The position numbers were made by a program, and so were the translations under genes. A DNA stretch of 64,000 bases from the human T2T-CHM13v2.0 reference genome, Homo sapiens, in the NCBI RefSeq assembly GCF_009914755.1, contig NC_060928.1; one strand, 5' to 3'. A model generated the notes under the pieces. That model had not been told where the DNA came from and searched no databases. It saw nothing but the letters and a program-made list of their open reading frames with translations. This document shows, piece by piece, positions 43,539 through 64,000 of this stretch; position 1 is the stretch's first letter; each line of letters starts with the position of its first letter.

Positions 43539-43820
43539 TTGACGGAGTTTTGCTCTCATTGCCTAGGCTAGAGTGCAATGGTGCAATCGTGGCTCACTGC
43601 AACCTCTGACTCCCAGGTTCAAGCAATTCTCCTGCCACAGCCTCCCGAGTAGCTGGGATTACAGGCATGTGCCACCACACACGGCTATTTGTTTGTGTTT
43701 AGTAGAGACAGGGTTTCACCATTTTGGTCAGGCTTGTCTTGAACTCCCGACCTCAGGTGATCCACCTGCCTCGGCCTCCCAAAGTGCTGGGATTACAGGC
43801 TTGAGACATCGCACCCAGCG
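43538..43820 (-). mobile_element. AluSp-like
   Basis: gagtgcaatgg, tggtcaggct, aactcccgacctcaggtgatcc. Confidence 0.92.
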
Positions 43821-44496
43821 GGGATGTTTTTTAAGAGGATAAAAGTTCAGATATTTTAACTGAATTTCGGGGTACAATCAGTGTTCCAAGAAGACACATC
43901 ATTTTTATTCTTTGGCTTTGGACACTCACTGGCAAATCATTGTCTTCCTCCAGTTAAGATGCACAGCCTGAGGTTACATTGAACTTTTTATTTTTGGAAA
44001 AGCATGTATTAACAGAGTTCCCATGACAAAGGGATTTATTTTAGTTATACATTAGCAAATATTTAGGGACTAGAAACAACTTAGCAATTATGAATGATAC
44101 TAATGCAAGTTTTGAAGTGGAAAATACACAGTTATAAAATAGAATTGCCAATTCCAGAATTATTTGTTGGTCAATAATTGCAATAAAAACAGAAATTTGT
44201 TTTGGTGTCTGTAGTTATTGAGCTATATTGGGAAGAGTGCCAACAGTGTCATAAATTGCTCTAAACATAACTCTAGAATTGCTGTTAAGTCATTGAGCCG
44301 ATTGACCTGCCTTTTAATCGGTGAGTGAATTATCTTGTGGGTTTGGAATATCTATCATTACATACATAGGGAAGTTTCAGTAGAGAAGAAATATTATATA
44401 ATAAAATTTAGTACAAAATGTCAGTCAGCTAAAGGTTACAAAGCCACATTCCTTAAAATATCATAACCCATGACCTTTTTGGTTGTTAGTTTACTG

Positions 44497-46849
<2,353 letters not shown>

Positions 46850-47339
46850 TAACCCATTGCTTTTCATACTTTCACGTGATTCTGATTTCCTTCAACAGCT
46901 ATTAGACTTATAACTTTCAGGTTTTTAGAAGTGACTGCCAGATAGAAAGAGGAAAAATGAAAAGCAGTTAAAAAAAATTCCTGGATGAAAGCTGGGTTGA
47001 TATTTTTTCCATACATTTGGAAATTAGTTTTTTTTTTTTCTTGGAAATTACAGGCAAAAACATGGGCAAATTTATGGACAAAATCATTTGAAAGCTAATG
47101 TTACATATTTTTCCTCTCTAGTGGAAAAAGCTCTTGTTTTAAATTAATCTCATACCTAACTAGATGAATGCATGTTCAAATAAAGTAAAACTACACTTAA
47201 TGCACATATTGAAAATATCCAATAACTCTTATCATACCTTCTTCCCATTAATTGACCTCTTATCAGATTCAATTTCTAGATTTAACTACCAACTTAGAGA
47301 AATTGAGAAGACCAAAGAAAATGTAAATAAAAAAGTCAG

Positions 47340-48110
47340 TGAGTAAAATTAGTAAAATCTGGACTATAGAAAATGCTACAGGGAAATCAAATAAAGGAAA
47401 ATAATTGTAAGAAGAAAAAAAAGAGATGGAAATAAAAACTATAGGTTAAAAAACCTAGTAAATGGAAAAAAATTGTAATGCATGGGTCTTACTTTGTTTC
47501 TGATTTGTACAAATAAATGCTTAAAGAAAAACACGATCAAAGTCCCATGAAAACCAACTAGGCATTTTTAAATTTTATTTATTTATTTATTTATTTTTAT
47601 TTTTCTCCAATATCAGAATCTTTATTATTATTATTATTATTATACTTTAAGTTTTAGGGTACACATATACACCATGGAATACTATGCAGCCATAAAAAAT
47701 GATGAGTTCATGTCCTTTGTAGGGACATGGATGAAGCTGGAAACCATCATTCTCAGCAAACTATCGCAAGGACAAAAAACCAAACACTGCATATTGTCAC
47801 TTATAGGTGGGAATTGAACAATGAGAACACATGGACACAGGAAGCGGCATTTTTAAATTTTAAAATACTGTTTTTAATGTTGTGTTTATGCTTTTAAGTA
47901 GTTATTATGTAGTGGTATATATACAAATATTTATGGATGCAATAATGTGCTGTCTGAAACTTACTTAGGCAAAAATCCGAGTATTCGGGGGGTACACTTA
48001 ACAGACCATACAAAAGTGAAACTGATACATCAGAGTTCACTATACTAGTTTCTCTACTTTGTTATGTCTGCAACATTTTCCATAACAAAAATTAGAAAAA
48101 AAAAATGGAA
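47340..48110 (+). mobile_element. Ancient LINE-1 3' end (L1MC/ME-type) hosting a small L1PA insertion
   Basis: aaatatttatggatg.aat.atg..tgtctg, gagttcactatactagt.tctctacttt...attttccataa.aaaa. Confidence 0.6.
47577..47845 (-). mobile_element. Tiny 5'-inverted L1PA3-5-type insertion with two A-rich tails separated by 16 nt of non-L1 sequence
   Basis: 16-bp TSD ggcatttttaaatttt at 47561-47576 and 47846-47861, followed by AA. Antisense L1 end tatactttaagttttagggtaca; inverted sense piece 47662-47844. Confidence 0.92.
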
Positions 48111-48275
48111 AAAAAAAACTGAGTTTTGGGGGTAGACACTGAATTCAGCCAATTTTCCAGGAATCAAAATTTTTGAGGGTCACAGGTAATTTATTTTTGA
48201 TAAAAATATAGTGAGTGGAGAAATGACTAATTTTTGAGGCATACTGTAAAAAATTTAGGTAAAGTAACTTTTTCA

Positions 48276-48276
<1 letters not shown>

Positions 48277-48322
<46 letters not shown>
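48277..48322. repeat. (TA)~23 microsatellite
   Basis: Uninterrupted TA run. Confidence 0.97.
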
Positions 48323-48329
<7 letters not shown>

Positions 48330-48360
48330 TAATGCAATATTATAATAAAAATATTTGTAG

Positions 48361-48772
<412 letters not shown>

Positions 48773-50328
48773 TCACTCAGTAGGCGTGTTGCTCCCCAAC
48801 GGATTAGAAGATTGCACTCTGTCTGACCCCAAACATACTTTCCTCAGTGAACAAACCAACACTTGGCCAATCTTTTACTTTCCAAAAGAAGTTGGCTGTC
48901 TTATTGTTTCCAGACATGTGTCTTGTGGGCAGTTTTTATTTACATAAGTCCCTTATGTTCAGTATTGAAAAAGCAATAGTTACAGAACTTTATCATAAAG
49001 AGTCTATTTTAAATACATTGTGGGCCAGCAAAAATTGCTATAATCATTGCTGTGATGTCTTAGTTTTATAACTAAATTAGAAAATCCCTTCTGACTCTAG
49101 CTGTAATATCTGCAGCATCAGAATCATAGGAATATTGTCTTTTTAAATTTAGTCTCAAGCTTTTGGTGATGCCAGATTTCACTCCCTAAGAAGTGATCAA
49201 AGTCCCAGGATCTGACTTATTTTATTACTGAATAAATCACCAAAGATGAGGCTAATTATGAAAGAGATTGCTACTATTTATGGCCAAATATATTTGTGAT
49301 CTCAGCAGACAGGATATAAAGAAGTTTTAATCAGGGAGTACTAAAAATATGTGACAAATAAATAGACATTTTCTTAATGCATTTTCTCCTGGGGTTTCCT
49401 CTGAATGTTTTTAAAGTTGTGTAAAGGAAAATTCATATATTTCCTAAGGGATACAATTCCAAAATTTAGGACTAATCTTATTATTAGTAGTGTGATCATT
49501 GCATTTCATATTAAGATAGGTTTAAGTCATTTTGCTTTAATGTCAGCCCATCTATTTCTTTAGTACCATATAAGCATTATGTAATTACAGCGAATTATGC
49601 AATTATGTGATATGAGATGGCTTGGTGGTTTTACATCTAAAAATGGAATGATTTAATTTGAATTGATTGTTGTTTATGTACCATTTAACTACATGCATGA
49701 GCTGTTCACATCATAAAGAAGAAGTGCTTGTCACAGTGGCAATAAATGAAGGACATTTAGTTTGATATCCAAGGAATAGTATGCCAAATTTTAAATTCTG
49801 TCCTTTAATCTAATATTTGTAAACTGTATCTTGACTCCATGCCTCAGTTTCTCTAATTAAATGAGGACAAAAGGTTAATGATACTGATATGCCATATAAA
49901 ACATGAATGAGCATATATAGAAGAGATAAATTTTGCTGGTACAGATATAAATTCTAGAAATGCTATTTTTCTGCTACTTTGCTGCATTTGAATATACTCA
50001 CACGGTTGTCTGAAAGGTCACTAATCACATTCTCATCACCAAATTCAATGATATTTTCATGTTGATTTTCTTAACATCCTCTCTGCCAGAATTTGCAATG
50101 TAGGGTTTCACTCTTGGAATTATTTTTCCTACAGATCTGCATTTATTTCTGTTTTTAACTTTCTGTTTGCCTCTTCATTTTATTTCAACTGAAGTGTCTT
50201 AAACATGTATGACAAAGCTCCACAGATTCACACATTCAGTGTATTGTATGAAATTCGAAATAATGTTCCTTAAGTCTCTACACAGAGTAAGAGACAGAGT
50301 GAAGAACAGATCTTGGTGGAAAATATTG

Positions 50329-50382
50329 CCTTCACTCTTTCCTTTCTTGCTTTCACTCTTTCCTTTGTTGCTTTCACTCTTT
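50329..50382. repeat. 21-bp tandem repeat (ttcactctttcctttNttgct) x about 2.5
   Basis: Read directly from the sequence. Confidence 0.85.
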
Positions 50383-50938
50383 AGGTGTGTGCCTTCCCGA
50401 GGTTTATGTTTTTGACTCCACTCTTTGCTTTCTAGGACTTCCGTATAATCTTACAATATTGACTATTACATCCACAAAAATGAGTCCCTAAAGTTCTATC
50501 TTTAAACTTGACTTTTCATCAAACTTTTACTTCATTTTCAATCACGTATAAGACATTTCCAGCTGAACATTTTTCTAGTACCCTCAAGTGCAGCACATCC
50601 ACAATAAAATTCATCATGTACTTCCAAACTCATACCTATTCTGATATTTCAAATGTACTACATATGAGTCAGTCATTCAGACTTGAAAACTTTAAATAGT
50701 CCAAATCATTACCTTTTCTTCATCTTCCATAGCAAATAAAATATAAAAACTTGAGTATTCTCTTTTTTGTCATTCATAATTATTTCTGACTTTCAATTCT
50801 TGGTGCCACAAATTTGGCTCAGGACTCTCACACTTTATGCATTCAGCTTATTGCAGTAGCTCTCAAGGTTATCTTCTTGTTCTGATACTACTTTTTGATC
50901 AACCCATTGTGAAGATAGTTTTTAGAAAATGACTTTGT

Positions 50939-53195
50939 GAGATGGGCAGATTGCAAAACTTCTCTTGGATTATGTAGGTCACCTGTTCATTCTGATGATA
51001 GTTTCTTTTGCTGTGCAAAATTATTTAGTTTAATTAGATCCCATTTGTCAATTTTGGCTTTTGTTGAAATTGCTTTTGGTGTTTCTGTCATAAAGTCTTT
51101 GCCTATGCCTATGTCCTGAATGGTATTGCCTAAGTTTTCTTATAGAGTTTTTATGGTTTTGGGTTTTACATATAAGTCTTTAATCTATTTTGAGATAGTT
51201 TTTTGTATAAGGTGTAAGCAAGGGGTCCAGTTTGAGTTTTCCGCATAAGGCTAGCCAGTTTTCCCAGCACCATTTACTGAATAGGAGATATTCTCCCCAT
51301 TGTTCATTTTTGTCAGGCTTGTCGATGATCAGATGGTTATAGATGTGTGGTGTTATTTCTGAGCTCTCCGTTCTGCTCCTTTGGTCTATATGTCTGTTTT
51401 AGTACCAGTACCATGCTGTTTAGGTTACTATAGCCTTGTAGTATAGTTTGAAGTCAGGTAGCGTGATGCCTCCAGATTTGTTCTTTTTGCTTAGGATTGT
51501 CTTGGCTATATGGGGTCTTCTTTGATCCCATATGAAATTAAAAATAGTTTTTTCTAATTTTGTGGAGAATGTTAATGGTAATTTGATGGAAATAGCACTG
51601 AATCTATAAATTACTTTGGGCAGTATGGCCATTTTCATGACATTGATTCTCCCTATCCATGAGGATAGAATGTGTTTCCATATGCTTGTGTCCTTTCTTA
51701 TTTCCTTGAGCAGTGGTTTGTAGCTCTCCTTGAAAAGGTCTTTCACATCCCTTTTAGCTGTATTCTTAGGTATTTTATTCTCTTTGTAGCAATTGTGAAT
51801 GGGAGTTCATTCATGATTTGGCTCTCTACTTGTCTATTGTTGGCATAAGGAATGCTTGTGATTTTTGCACATTGATTTTGTTGCCTGAGACTCTGCTGAA
51901 GTTGCTTATCAGTTCAAGAAGTTTTGGGGCTGATATCATGGGGTTTTCTAAATATAAAATCATGTCATCTGCAGAGACGACTTCCTCTCTTCTTATTTGA
52001 ATACGCTTTATTTCATTTTCTTCCCTGACTGCCCTCACCAGAACTTCCAATACTATGTTGAATACAGGTGGTGAGAGAGGGCATCCTTTTCTTGTACCGG
52101 TTTTCATTCAATATGATATTGGCTTTGTGTTTGTCTTACATAGCTCTTATTATTTTGAGATATGTTCCATCAATAACTAGTATATTGAGAGTTTTTAACA
52201 TGAATATATGTTGAATTTTATATCAAAGGCTATTTCTGCATCTATTGAGATAATTGCGTGGTTTTTGTCTTTGGTTTGTTTATGTGATGGATTACATTTA
52301 TTGATTTGCGTATGTTGAACATGGTGTAATATCCAGAATTTACAGTGAACTTATTCATATTACAAGAAAAAAAAATCAAAAAGCAGGCAAAGGATATGAA
52401 CAGATACTTCCCAGAAGAAGACATTTACGTGGCCAAGAAGCATGAAAAAAAGATCAACATCACTGATCATCAGAGAAATGCAAATCAAAACCACAATGAG
52501 ATACGATCTCACACCAGTGAAAATGGCGATTATTAAAAAGTCAGGAAACAATAGATGCTGGCGAGGCTGTGGAGAAATAGGATTGCTTTTACACTGTTGG
52601 TGGGAGTGTAAATTAGTTCAACCATTGTGGAAGACAGTGTGGTGATACCTCAAGGATCTAGAACCAGAAATACCATATAACCCAGCAATCCCATTACTGA
52701 GTATATACCCAAAGGAATATAAATTTTTCTACTATAAAGACACATGCACTTATATGTTTATTGCAGAACTATTTGCAACAGCAAATACATAGAACAAACC
52801 TAGATGCCCCTCAATGATAGACTGGATAAAGAAAATGTGGTACATAAACACCAGGGGATACTATGCAGCCATAAAAAGGAATGAGATCATGTCCTTTGCA
52901 GGGATGTGGATGAACCTGGAAACCATCATCCTCAGCAAACTAGCACAGGAACAGAAAACCAAACACCGCATGTTCTTACTTATAAATGGGAGTTGAACAT
53001 TGAGAACACATGGCCACAGACATGGACACAACACACACCAGGGAATGTTGTGGGGTGGGTGGGGGGAGGAGAGGGAACTTAGAGGACAGGTCAATAGGTG
53101 CAGGAAACCACCATGGAACACATATACCTATGTAAAAAACCTGCACATTCTGCACATGTATCCCATTTTTTTTTTGAAGAAATCAAAAATAAAAG
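50939..53195 (+). mobile_element. L1PA8A-type element with 5' inversion (50939-52320 antisense ORF2; about 52321-53195 sense 3' end)
   Basis: 14-bp TSD gaaaatgactttgt at 50925-50938 and 53196-53209; 3'UTR agggaacttagaggac.ggtcaataggtgc; ORF2 remnants on both strands in the ORF track. Confidence 0.92.
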
Positions 53196-53896
53196 GAAAA
53201 TGACTTTGTATTGCTTTCGTATGTTTAAAAGCTTCAGTAGACATTCCATTGCTTTAATAATAAACTTGTCTCCTACACTCTTAAAATTCTACCCTTGCTT
53301 ATAGAAAACCTCTCCCTTTAAAATATCATAACCACTCCCAACATAAATCCATTAATCCTAACTAGATAAAAGAAAATGTTTAAGCAAAAAGAGCAAAGGT
53401 CTACATATTGTATAAACCATGGATCAAAGTGGTCATATGGTAACTAAGGGATAAATATGAAAATGTATATGAGAAATAATCTATACAAGGCTTTGAATGC
53501 AAGTACACATTTCATTAATAATATTTACAGACCAAGAATTTGGACCTGACAAATACTCAGAGCAAGAGAAACCCAACCTCTAAAGGTAATGCCCTTAAAC
53601 AATAGCTAGAAATTCTAGTTGTGGTAGACACAGCTTGATTGAATAACACTTGTCAAAAATAAATCTAAAATTTTAGTCAAGTAGTTACAGAGAAGTGAGG
53701 ATATCATGAAACAAGAACATGACCAGGGTAGATTAAAGAAAAAGAAATCACGAGTGAGTCAGGTTGATATGGCTGAATATAGACATGGAAGTGTGCCTGA
53801 AAATTAGGACCTAAGCTAGTCAATGAACTAGACAAAATGAAGAGATGAATAGAAACAATAATGTAAACTTACATAAGTTAAAAAATATAATATTTA

Positions 53897-54239
<343 letters not shown>

Positions 54240-55479
54240 TTAAGTGTGCTTATACTACTGATATTGTGTCATACATTGCTTTTAGCATCAATAAAAGTTT
54301 GGTTTTAAATTCAATTTATCCTATTTACTATTCATAGAAGCTTTGTGCCCTGCATGTAAAGTGCTTATCAGAGTACTTGGCACATGCTAAGCAGTCAGTA
54401 AGTTGGAGTTATAAACATTATTTTTTCCTATATTTCCTCATAGGAAAATTTTAATTTTAATGTACAATTTTATCTTCCAGCTATATCATTTTGCCCCACA
54501 GAAACAGTCATAAAACTATGGGTCAAACATTTTAAATTAAAATTAAGTGAAAGTAATGTTATCTATAATTTTGTTTCTATTTTAAATAAATGACATAATA
54601 TGATTGTCCTTCAACTATGAAAACTTCTTGCATTATGAAAGATAAGTTCCTTCGTTCTACCTCACCCGAAATGATAAATTCTTCAATGTCTGTAAGTGTG
54701 TGTGAACTGATTGATTGTGTGAAAAAAGTCACAGGACTTGTCTCTTGGGCCTTATCAAATTCAGTTGTGGTGACTGCCAGTTAGAAGACCATGGATGTGG
54801 TCAGCTCATTATAGTTTAATTAGAAATTACTTTATTCTTAACAAAGTTTTTAAATAAATAAAGTATTTTTTCTTTTAAGCTTTATAATGTATTACAAATA
54901 GAACATAGGCAAGCAAAGTATAAATGGAAATGAGCCCAGTGTTTAAAGATGTATACTTAAAATAGCTTGATGCTATGTTCTAAAATTTAAAACTGAGCCG
55001 TAACTTAAGTTTATGCAGAATCTTCCCTTATTTTCCTTTTTACATAATCATCTATTTTTATCTGATAAGAGAAGATCTGATTTGGAAACAGTATATTTAA
55101 AAGATATACTTTTTTATTTTTTTCATATGTTGTAGGTCAATTAAATGACATGTTTACTAATGAAGCTATCACAAGTCTTCTTTCTTGTTTTTCAATATTC
55201 CTGAATAAATGAATATCCAAGATATGAAAGAAAAAGTATTTCAATTGTCACAAAGAGTAAAATAACACAAGACTTATTGCCCTTCTTTCCCAATAAAAAG
55301 AATTTCCAAACTGACCACCCATAAGCTGATTCTGTTTCACATCCATTATTTTTCATTCATTTCTTCAGTGATTGATTCATTCTTTCATTCATTTAATTTT
55401 ATCTAAATGTTTTAAACATATCATTACAATGTTTGGTTATTTCTGGCTTATCTTGAAATTTTGTTCAATATGCACATAA

Positions 55480-57760
55480 TTTAAAAATAGCAATGAAATA
55501 TGTAACTATCAGACAAATAGATACAAAAGAATAAAAATCTAAACCTCTAATTACTCCAACCTCACAAAAAATTTAAGGAGAAAAGAAAATATAATTGAAG
55601 AACACAAGTTAAATAGAAAAAGAGAAAGTATAATATGTATTAAAATATTCACTGTGAAACTGTAGAGTTAGTAATTCTGCCAAATTTTACTTTACATACT
55701 TTATATAATTTTATTTTATATACTTACATAATACAAATATGGAGAGATAGGTAAATAGATGACAAATACAATCCAGAGAGATATAAATATAATTTATATC
55801 ATAACAGTAAATATATTTTATACTGGCAATCATAATTAAAATAAAAGTGAACTAATATTACTAATTTAAATATCTTGATTTGCAGATGAGATAAATTAAA
55901 AATAATGAATATAAGCTCTTTACGACACAACTAAAATATAAGTTATAAGAAACAAATATAAGAAACTTTGAAGGTAAAAGATGGGCAAAATTAATCCAGT
56001 AAAATAGAAAAATTCTACCCAAAGAATGCTTATTTATATGGATTTATACCATAACATTCTATCTATCTGGAGTATATTTATCATCTACTTACCATTCTAT
56101 CCACATTTGTATTATTTGTAATTTTATAAAAATATCCTCTGTATAATAATGAGAGAATACAACAAGAAGATTAAGAATTCTAAACTTGTCTACTATTTAC
56201 AAAGTAACCCCAAAGTATATAAAGTAAAATTTGGCAGAATCACTACTCTACAGTTTCATGGGGATATTTTAACACACATCTCTTAGTAATTGATAACATC
56301 ATGAAATGATTATGTAATGATTTAAGCACCATAATAAATTAGCTTTGTTAAAAATCATACAGAGAATTCTATATCTTACAATTAAAAAATTCATTTTCAC
56401 AAATGGACTTGAAAAATTTAAAAAGTTGACATTTGCCAAGCCAAACTGAGCAAGTTTGAACAAATTTGATATCCAGTATTACGTAGAATATTTTCTTTAA
56501 GAAGTTAGGAATAAATAAGCATAAAAACTGAAACACAAGAATATTTAAGAACACCCTTATCAATAACATACCAATTATAAATAAAATTCTCCACCTGGAA
56601 CACGCAATTTATAAAGATAGGACTAAGATATTCTGCTTAACCAGAAGGTAAGTTATGATAAACTACTGGAATTTTTTAAAAAGCCACAGGATAAAAATTA
56701 TTACTGGCTAAAGATGAGGGAAATTAAACGTAAAGGTAATAACTAAGATGTATTGAAGTATATTAGCAACACTAAAATCATGTGTTTAGGATGATACTAA
56801 AAATCCATTTGGTGACTTTTAGAGGGCACTAACAACAAACTGATACAAAGACTATATCAAGCATATTTACTGTAAGTTTATGATGAAATTTATTTTTTAA
56901 ATAAATAGCTGAAGAAGAGTACTTTGTAAAACAATTTCAAGTAATAAATACGGAGGAAATAACATAATTAGCAAATTAATCTTTATGCAGTGTATCATTA
57001 AAAATGGATTCAACTACAAAATCTTCTGTTGATTCAAAACCAATAGGAAACAGCTTCAGGGAGAACTTCATAACTAATGAGTCAAGCAGATAAAACCTAA
57101 ACTTACTAATAGAAGTTAATATCTCTATATTTGGAACACATAAACATTATTGCCTTCTGTTGAAGCTACTAAGACATATACAGAATGGCCTATGGAGCAT
57201 TTTTTGCCTAAAATATAAACTTATCTAAAAGTTAACCCGGTCTCCAGATGCAACAAATAGCTTAGAAAAAAACATGAGCAAAGAATAAGTTGACTGATAA
57301 CATGAGGAAGCAGTCAAATATGGAACAGAAATTTTAGAGGTAAAGACACTGTTTTCCTCCACAGATAAATAGTGTAAAACTGTGAGGGGACAGTATAGAT
57401 TGCATAAGCCTTGATTATACCAACCAAATGAAATATGTGAACCATACTGAGATTCTACTTTGGACAAATTAAAAACTTTTGAAAGAATTTAGAAAATTTA
57501 TACCTGGATTCAGTATTAGACATTAATAAATTACTATTATTTCATTAGATATGAATATAACATCACATGTTTATAAAAACATAACCCATATATTATATAA
57601 TTATTTATTTAAAAATTATATAGAATTTTTTTAATCAACAAACAGAAAAAAAAAAAAAATGGAGAGAAGATAGAGTAGACCACATTATTTTCAAAGCTAG
57701 AGATAGCTACCTGAGAGGGTTCTTGATGTTATACTTTAATATGTAAATAATCTTTTGAAA
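55480..57760 (+). mobile_element. Ancient LINE-1 (L1ME-type) fragments
   Basis: A-rich degenerate ORF2 endonuclease tracts (gaaggtaaaagatgggcaaaa, gattt.aacaca..tctc..agtaattgata) and a 3'UTR-like region. Confidence 0.5.
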
Positions 57761-59114
57761 GAGAGATCAACAATATGTAAAAAAAGACTCAATTTTACTT
57801 ATAGCATTTACCATTTGAATAATCAACTATATAAACCTAATCAGTTGAGCTGTTGGCTTGAAATTAGGAGTAATATTCATTTTCAAATTTTCTATTTCTT
57901 GCCTTTTGGCATATGACTTGGTTTTAAACTGACATGGTAATTATTTTTAGAGATTTGTAAAAGTCTATGTTGTGGATTCCAAGGAGATATGGAAATATGC
58001 TTAATAAAGACAATTAACCCTAAAATGTTTCAGGAGGCAATCAAAGCATATCAAGGGAGTATGAAATACACCCATGATGTCCTGGTGATAAAACTTCTGT
58101 TAAATTGTTATTGAGCACTGTGATAATGAAAGCAGGAGAAATGTTTTTATAAGGTTGGACAGAAATACAGATGGCATCTCACCAGGTCATTTTGTACTTC
58201 TCACTAGTCTATCTAGTCAACCAGTACTTCATGTAGAGCTAACACAAGTAATTAATCATTTTTTATATTTGAATTTATTACCACTTAGAGACAGTGGAGC
58301 TAATGATGCAATAATAACAAAACTGATTGCTTTTACTTATAAAATTTTTCAAAACATAAATTTAAAGTCACTTAATACCATTTTTGCTACAAAAATATTT
58401 CATGAAGTTGTAACAGCCTGGTAACATGACCAGCCTAGAAGATACCGTAGGTTACCTGAAAGCCTAAAATCTTTTTATCTGAATTTGAATCATGCAGATT
58501 AGCTTTTTTCCCCCAAAATGATCAGCTTCGTGCCTATAAACTTATACAATATATGACCATGAAATATTTTAGGACAAATTAGCAAAGTTCCCAAGTAAAC
58601 AATGATGACTCTTGATATCTTTCCTTTTAAAAGTCTTATAATAATTTCATTTACCTACATGGATGCAAACATACATAGTACCTTAAAAATAATAGTGCTA
58701 TACTGATCATTTATCATTTTATTCTACTAATCAATATATTATCAATATTGTTCTATATTACTATGTAGCCTATTCTACATAATTTTGATGGCTATTGCAT
58801 ATTTTCCTAGTAAATAGCATTTTCTATATTTGCAATTAAAAATAAATACTGTTATGTCCAACCCATACTTTGTGTAACTCAGCGGTAATATCTTTTTTTT
58901 TTTTTTATTATACTTTAAGTTTTAGGGTACATGTGCACATTGTGCAGGTTAGTTACATATGTATACATGTGCCATGCTGGTGCACTGCACCCACTAACTC
59001 GTCATCTAGCATTAGGTATATCTCCCAATGCTATCCCTCCCACCTCCCCCCACTCCACAACAGTCCCCAGAGTGTGATATTCCCCTTCCTGTGTCCATGT
59101 GAATTCATTGTTCA

Positions 59115-62932
<3,818 letters not shown>

Positions 62933-62995
62933 TATGATGTTAGCTGGCTATTTTGCTCGTTAGTTGATGCAGTTTCTTCCTAGTCTTGATGGTCT

Positions 62996-64000
62996 TTACA
63001 TTTTGGCATGATTTTGCAGCGGCTGGTACCGGTTGTTGCTTTCCATGTTTAGCGCTTCCTTCAGGAGCTCTTTTAGGGCAGGCCTGGTGGTGACAAAATC
63101 TCTCAGCATTTGCTTGTCTGTAAAGTATTTTATTTCTCCTTCACTTACGAAGCTTAGTTTGGCTGGATATGAAATTCTGGGTTGAAAATTCTTGTCTTTA
63201 AGAATGTTGAATATTGGCCCCCACTCTCTTCTGGCTTGTAGGGTTTCTGCCGAGAGATCCGCTGTTAGTCTGATAGGCTTCCCTTTGAGGGTAACCCGAC
63301 CTTTCTCTCTGGCTGCCCTTAACATTTTTTCCTTCATTTCAACTTTGGTGAATCTGACAATTATGTGTCTTGGAGTTGCTCTTCTTGAGGAGTATCTTTG
63401 TGGCGTTCTCTGTATTTCCTGAATCTGAACGTTGGCCTGCCTTGCTAGATTGGGGAAGTTTTCCTGGATAATATCCTGCAGAGTGTTTTCCAACTTGGTT
63501 CCATTCTCCCTGTCACTTTCAGGTACACCAATCAGACGTAGATGTGGTCTTTTGACATAGTCCCATATTTCTTGGAGGCTTTGCTCATTTCTTTTTATTC
63601 TTTTTTCTCTAAACTTCCCTTCTCGCTTCATTTCATTCATTTCATCTTCCATCGCTGATACGCTTTCTTCCAGTTGATCACATCGGCTCCTGAGGCTTCT
63701 GCATTCTTCACGTAGTTCTCGAGCCTTGGTTTTCTGCTCCATCAGCTCCTTTAAGCACTTCTCTGTATTGGTTATTCTAGTTATACATTCTTCTAAATTT
63801 TTTTCAAAGTTTTCAACTTCTTTGTCTTTGGTTTGAATGTCCTCCCATAGCTCAGAGTAATTTGATCATCTGAAGCCTTCTTCTCTCAGCTCGTCAAAGT
63901 AATTCTCCATCCAGCTTTGTTCCGTTGCTGGTGAGGAACTGCGTTCCTTTGGAGGAGGAGAGGTGCTCTGCTTTTTAGAGTTTCCAGTTTTTCTGTTCTG
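62996..64000 (-). pseudogene. Disrupted L1 ORF1 (RNA-binding chaperone); start codon just outside the window
   Basis: ORF1p sequence (NEQSLQEIWDYVKRP, ARREWGPIF, YPAKLS); CGA>TGA nonsense at 63866-63868. Confidence 0.93.

Larger units (their letters stand above)
49990..53350 (+). mobile_element. L2 relic split by the L1PA8A insertion (about 49990-50938 and 53196-53350)
   Basis: aaaggtcactaat.ac.ttctcatcaccaaattcaatg, ccctcaagtgcagcacatcca, ttattgcagtagctctc; after the L1: tttaaaagcttcagtag.cattccattgc. Confidence 0.65.

Noticed and set aside
43333-43609. Overlapping Ile/Tyr-rich ORFs (also at 4291-4560 and 28767-29087)
   Set aside because: Translations of stop-free TA/CA microsatellites.

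Overview
Human (or closely related great-ape) nuclear DNA. It is very AT-rich and dense in interspersed repeats, and reads like a gene desert or a very large intron. I recognise no host protein-coding exon, RNA gene or CpG island. Every long ORF is LINE-1 derived or an Alu/microsatellite artefact. Contents: a human-specific L1HS-Ta1 insertion (5'-inverted, about 1.2 kb missing at the inversion), a near full-length disabled L1PA2/3 running off the right edge, several older L1PA/PB/MA/M pieces, eight Alus (one a pristine 5'-truncated AluYa5), MaLR/ERVL/ERV1 LTRs (MLT1, MLT2A1, MLT2B, MER57-like, MER67-like, LTR16/ERVL-like), Tigger-family DNA transposons (MER2, Tigger3), L2 and MIR relics, and microsatellites. 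I found no new biological system. The most notable signals concern retrotransposition mechanism: 7 of about 10 L1s with a recognisable 3' end are twin-primed (5'-inverted), one tiny inverted L1 carries an apparent 16-nt 3' transduction tag, and one old L1 contains a forward-inverted-forward template-switch scar. Subfamily names come from recalled consensus sequences, and boundaries of old repeats are approximate.
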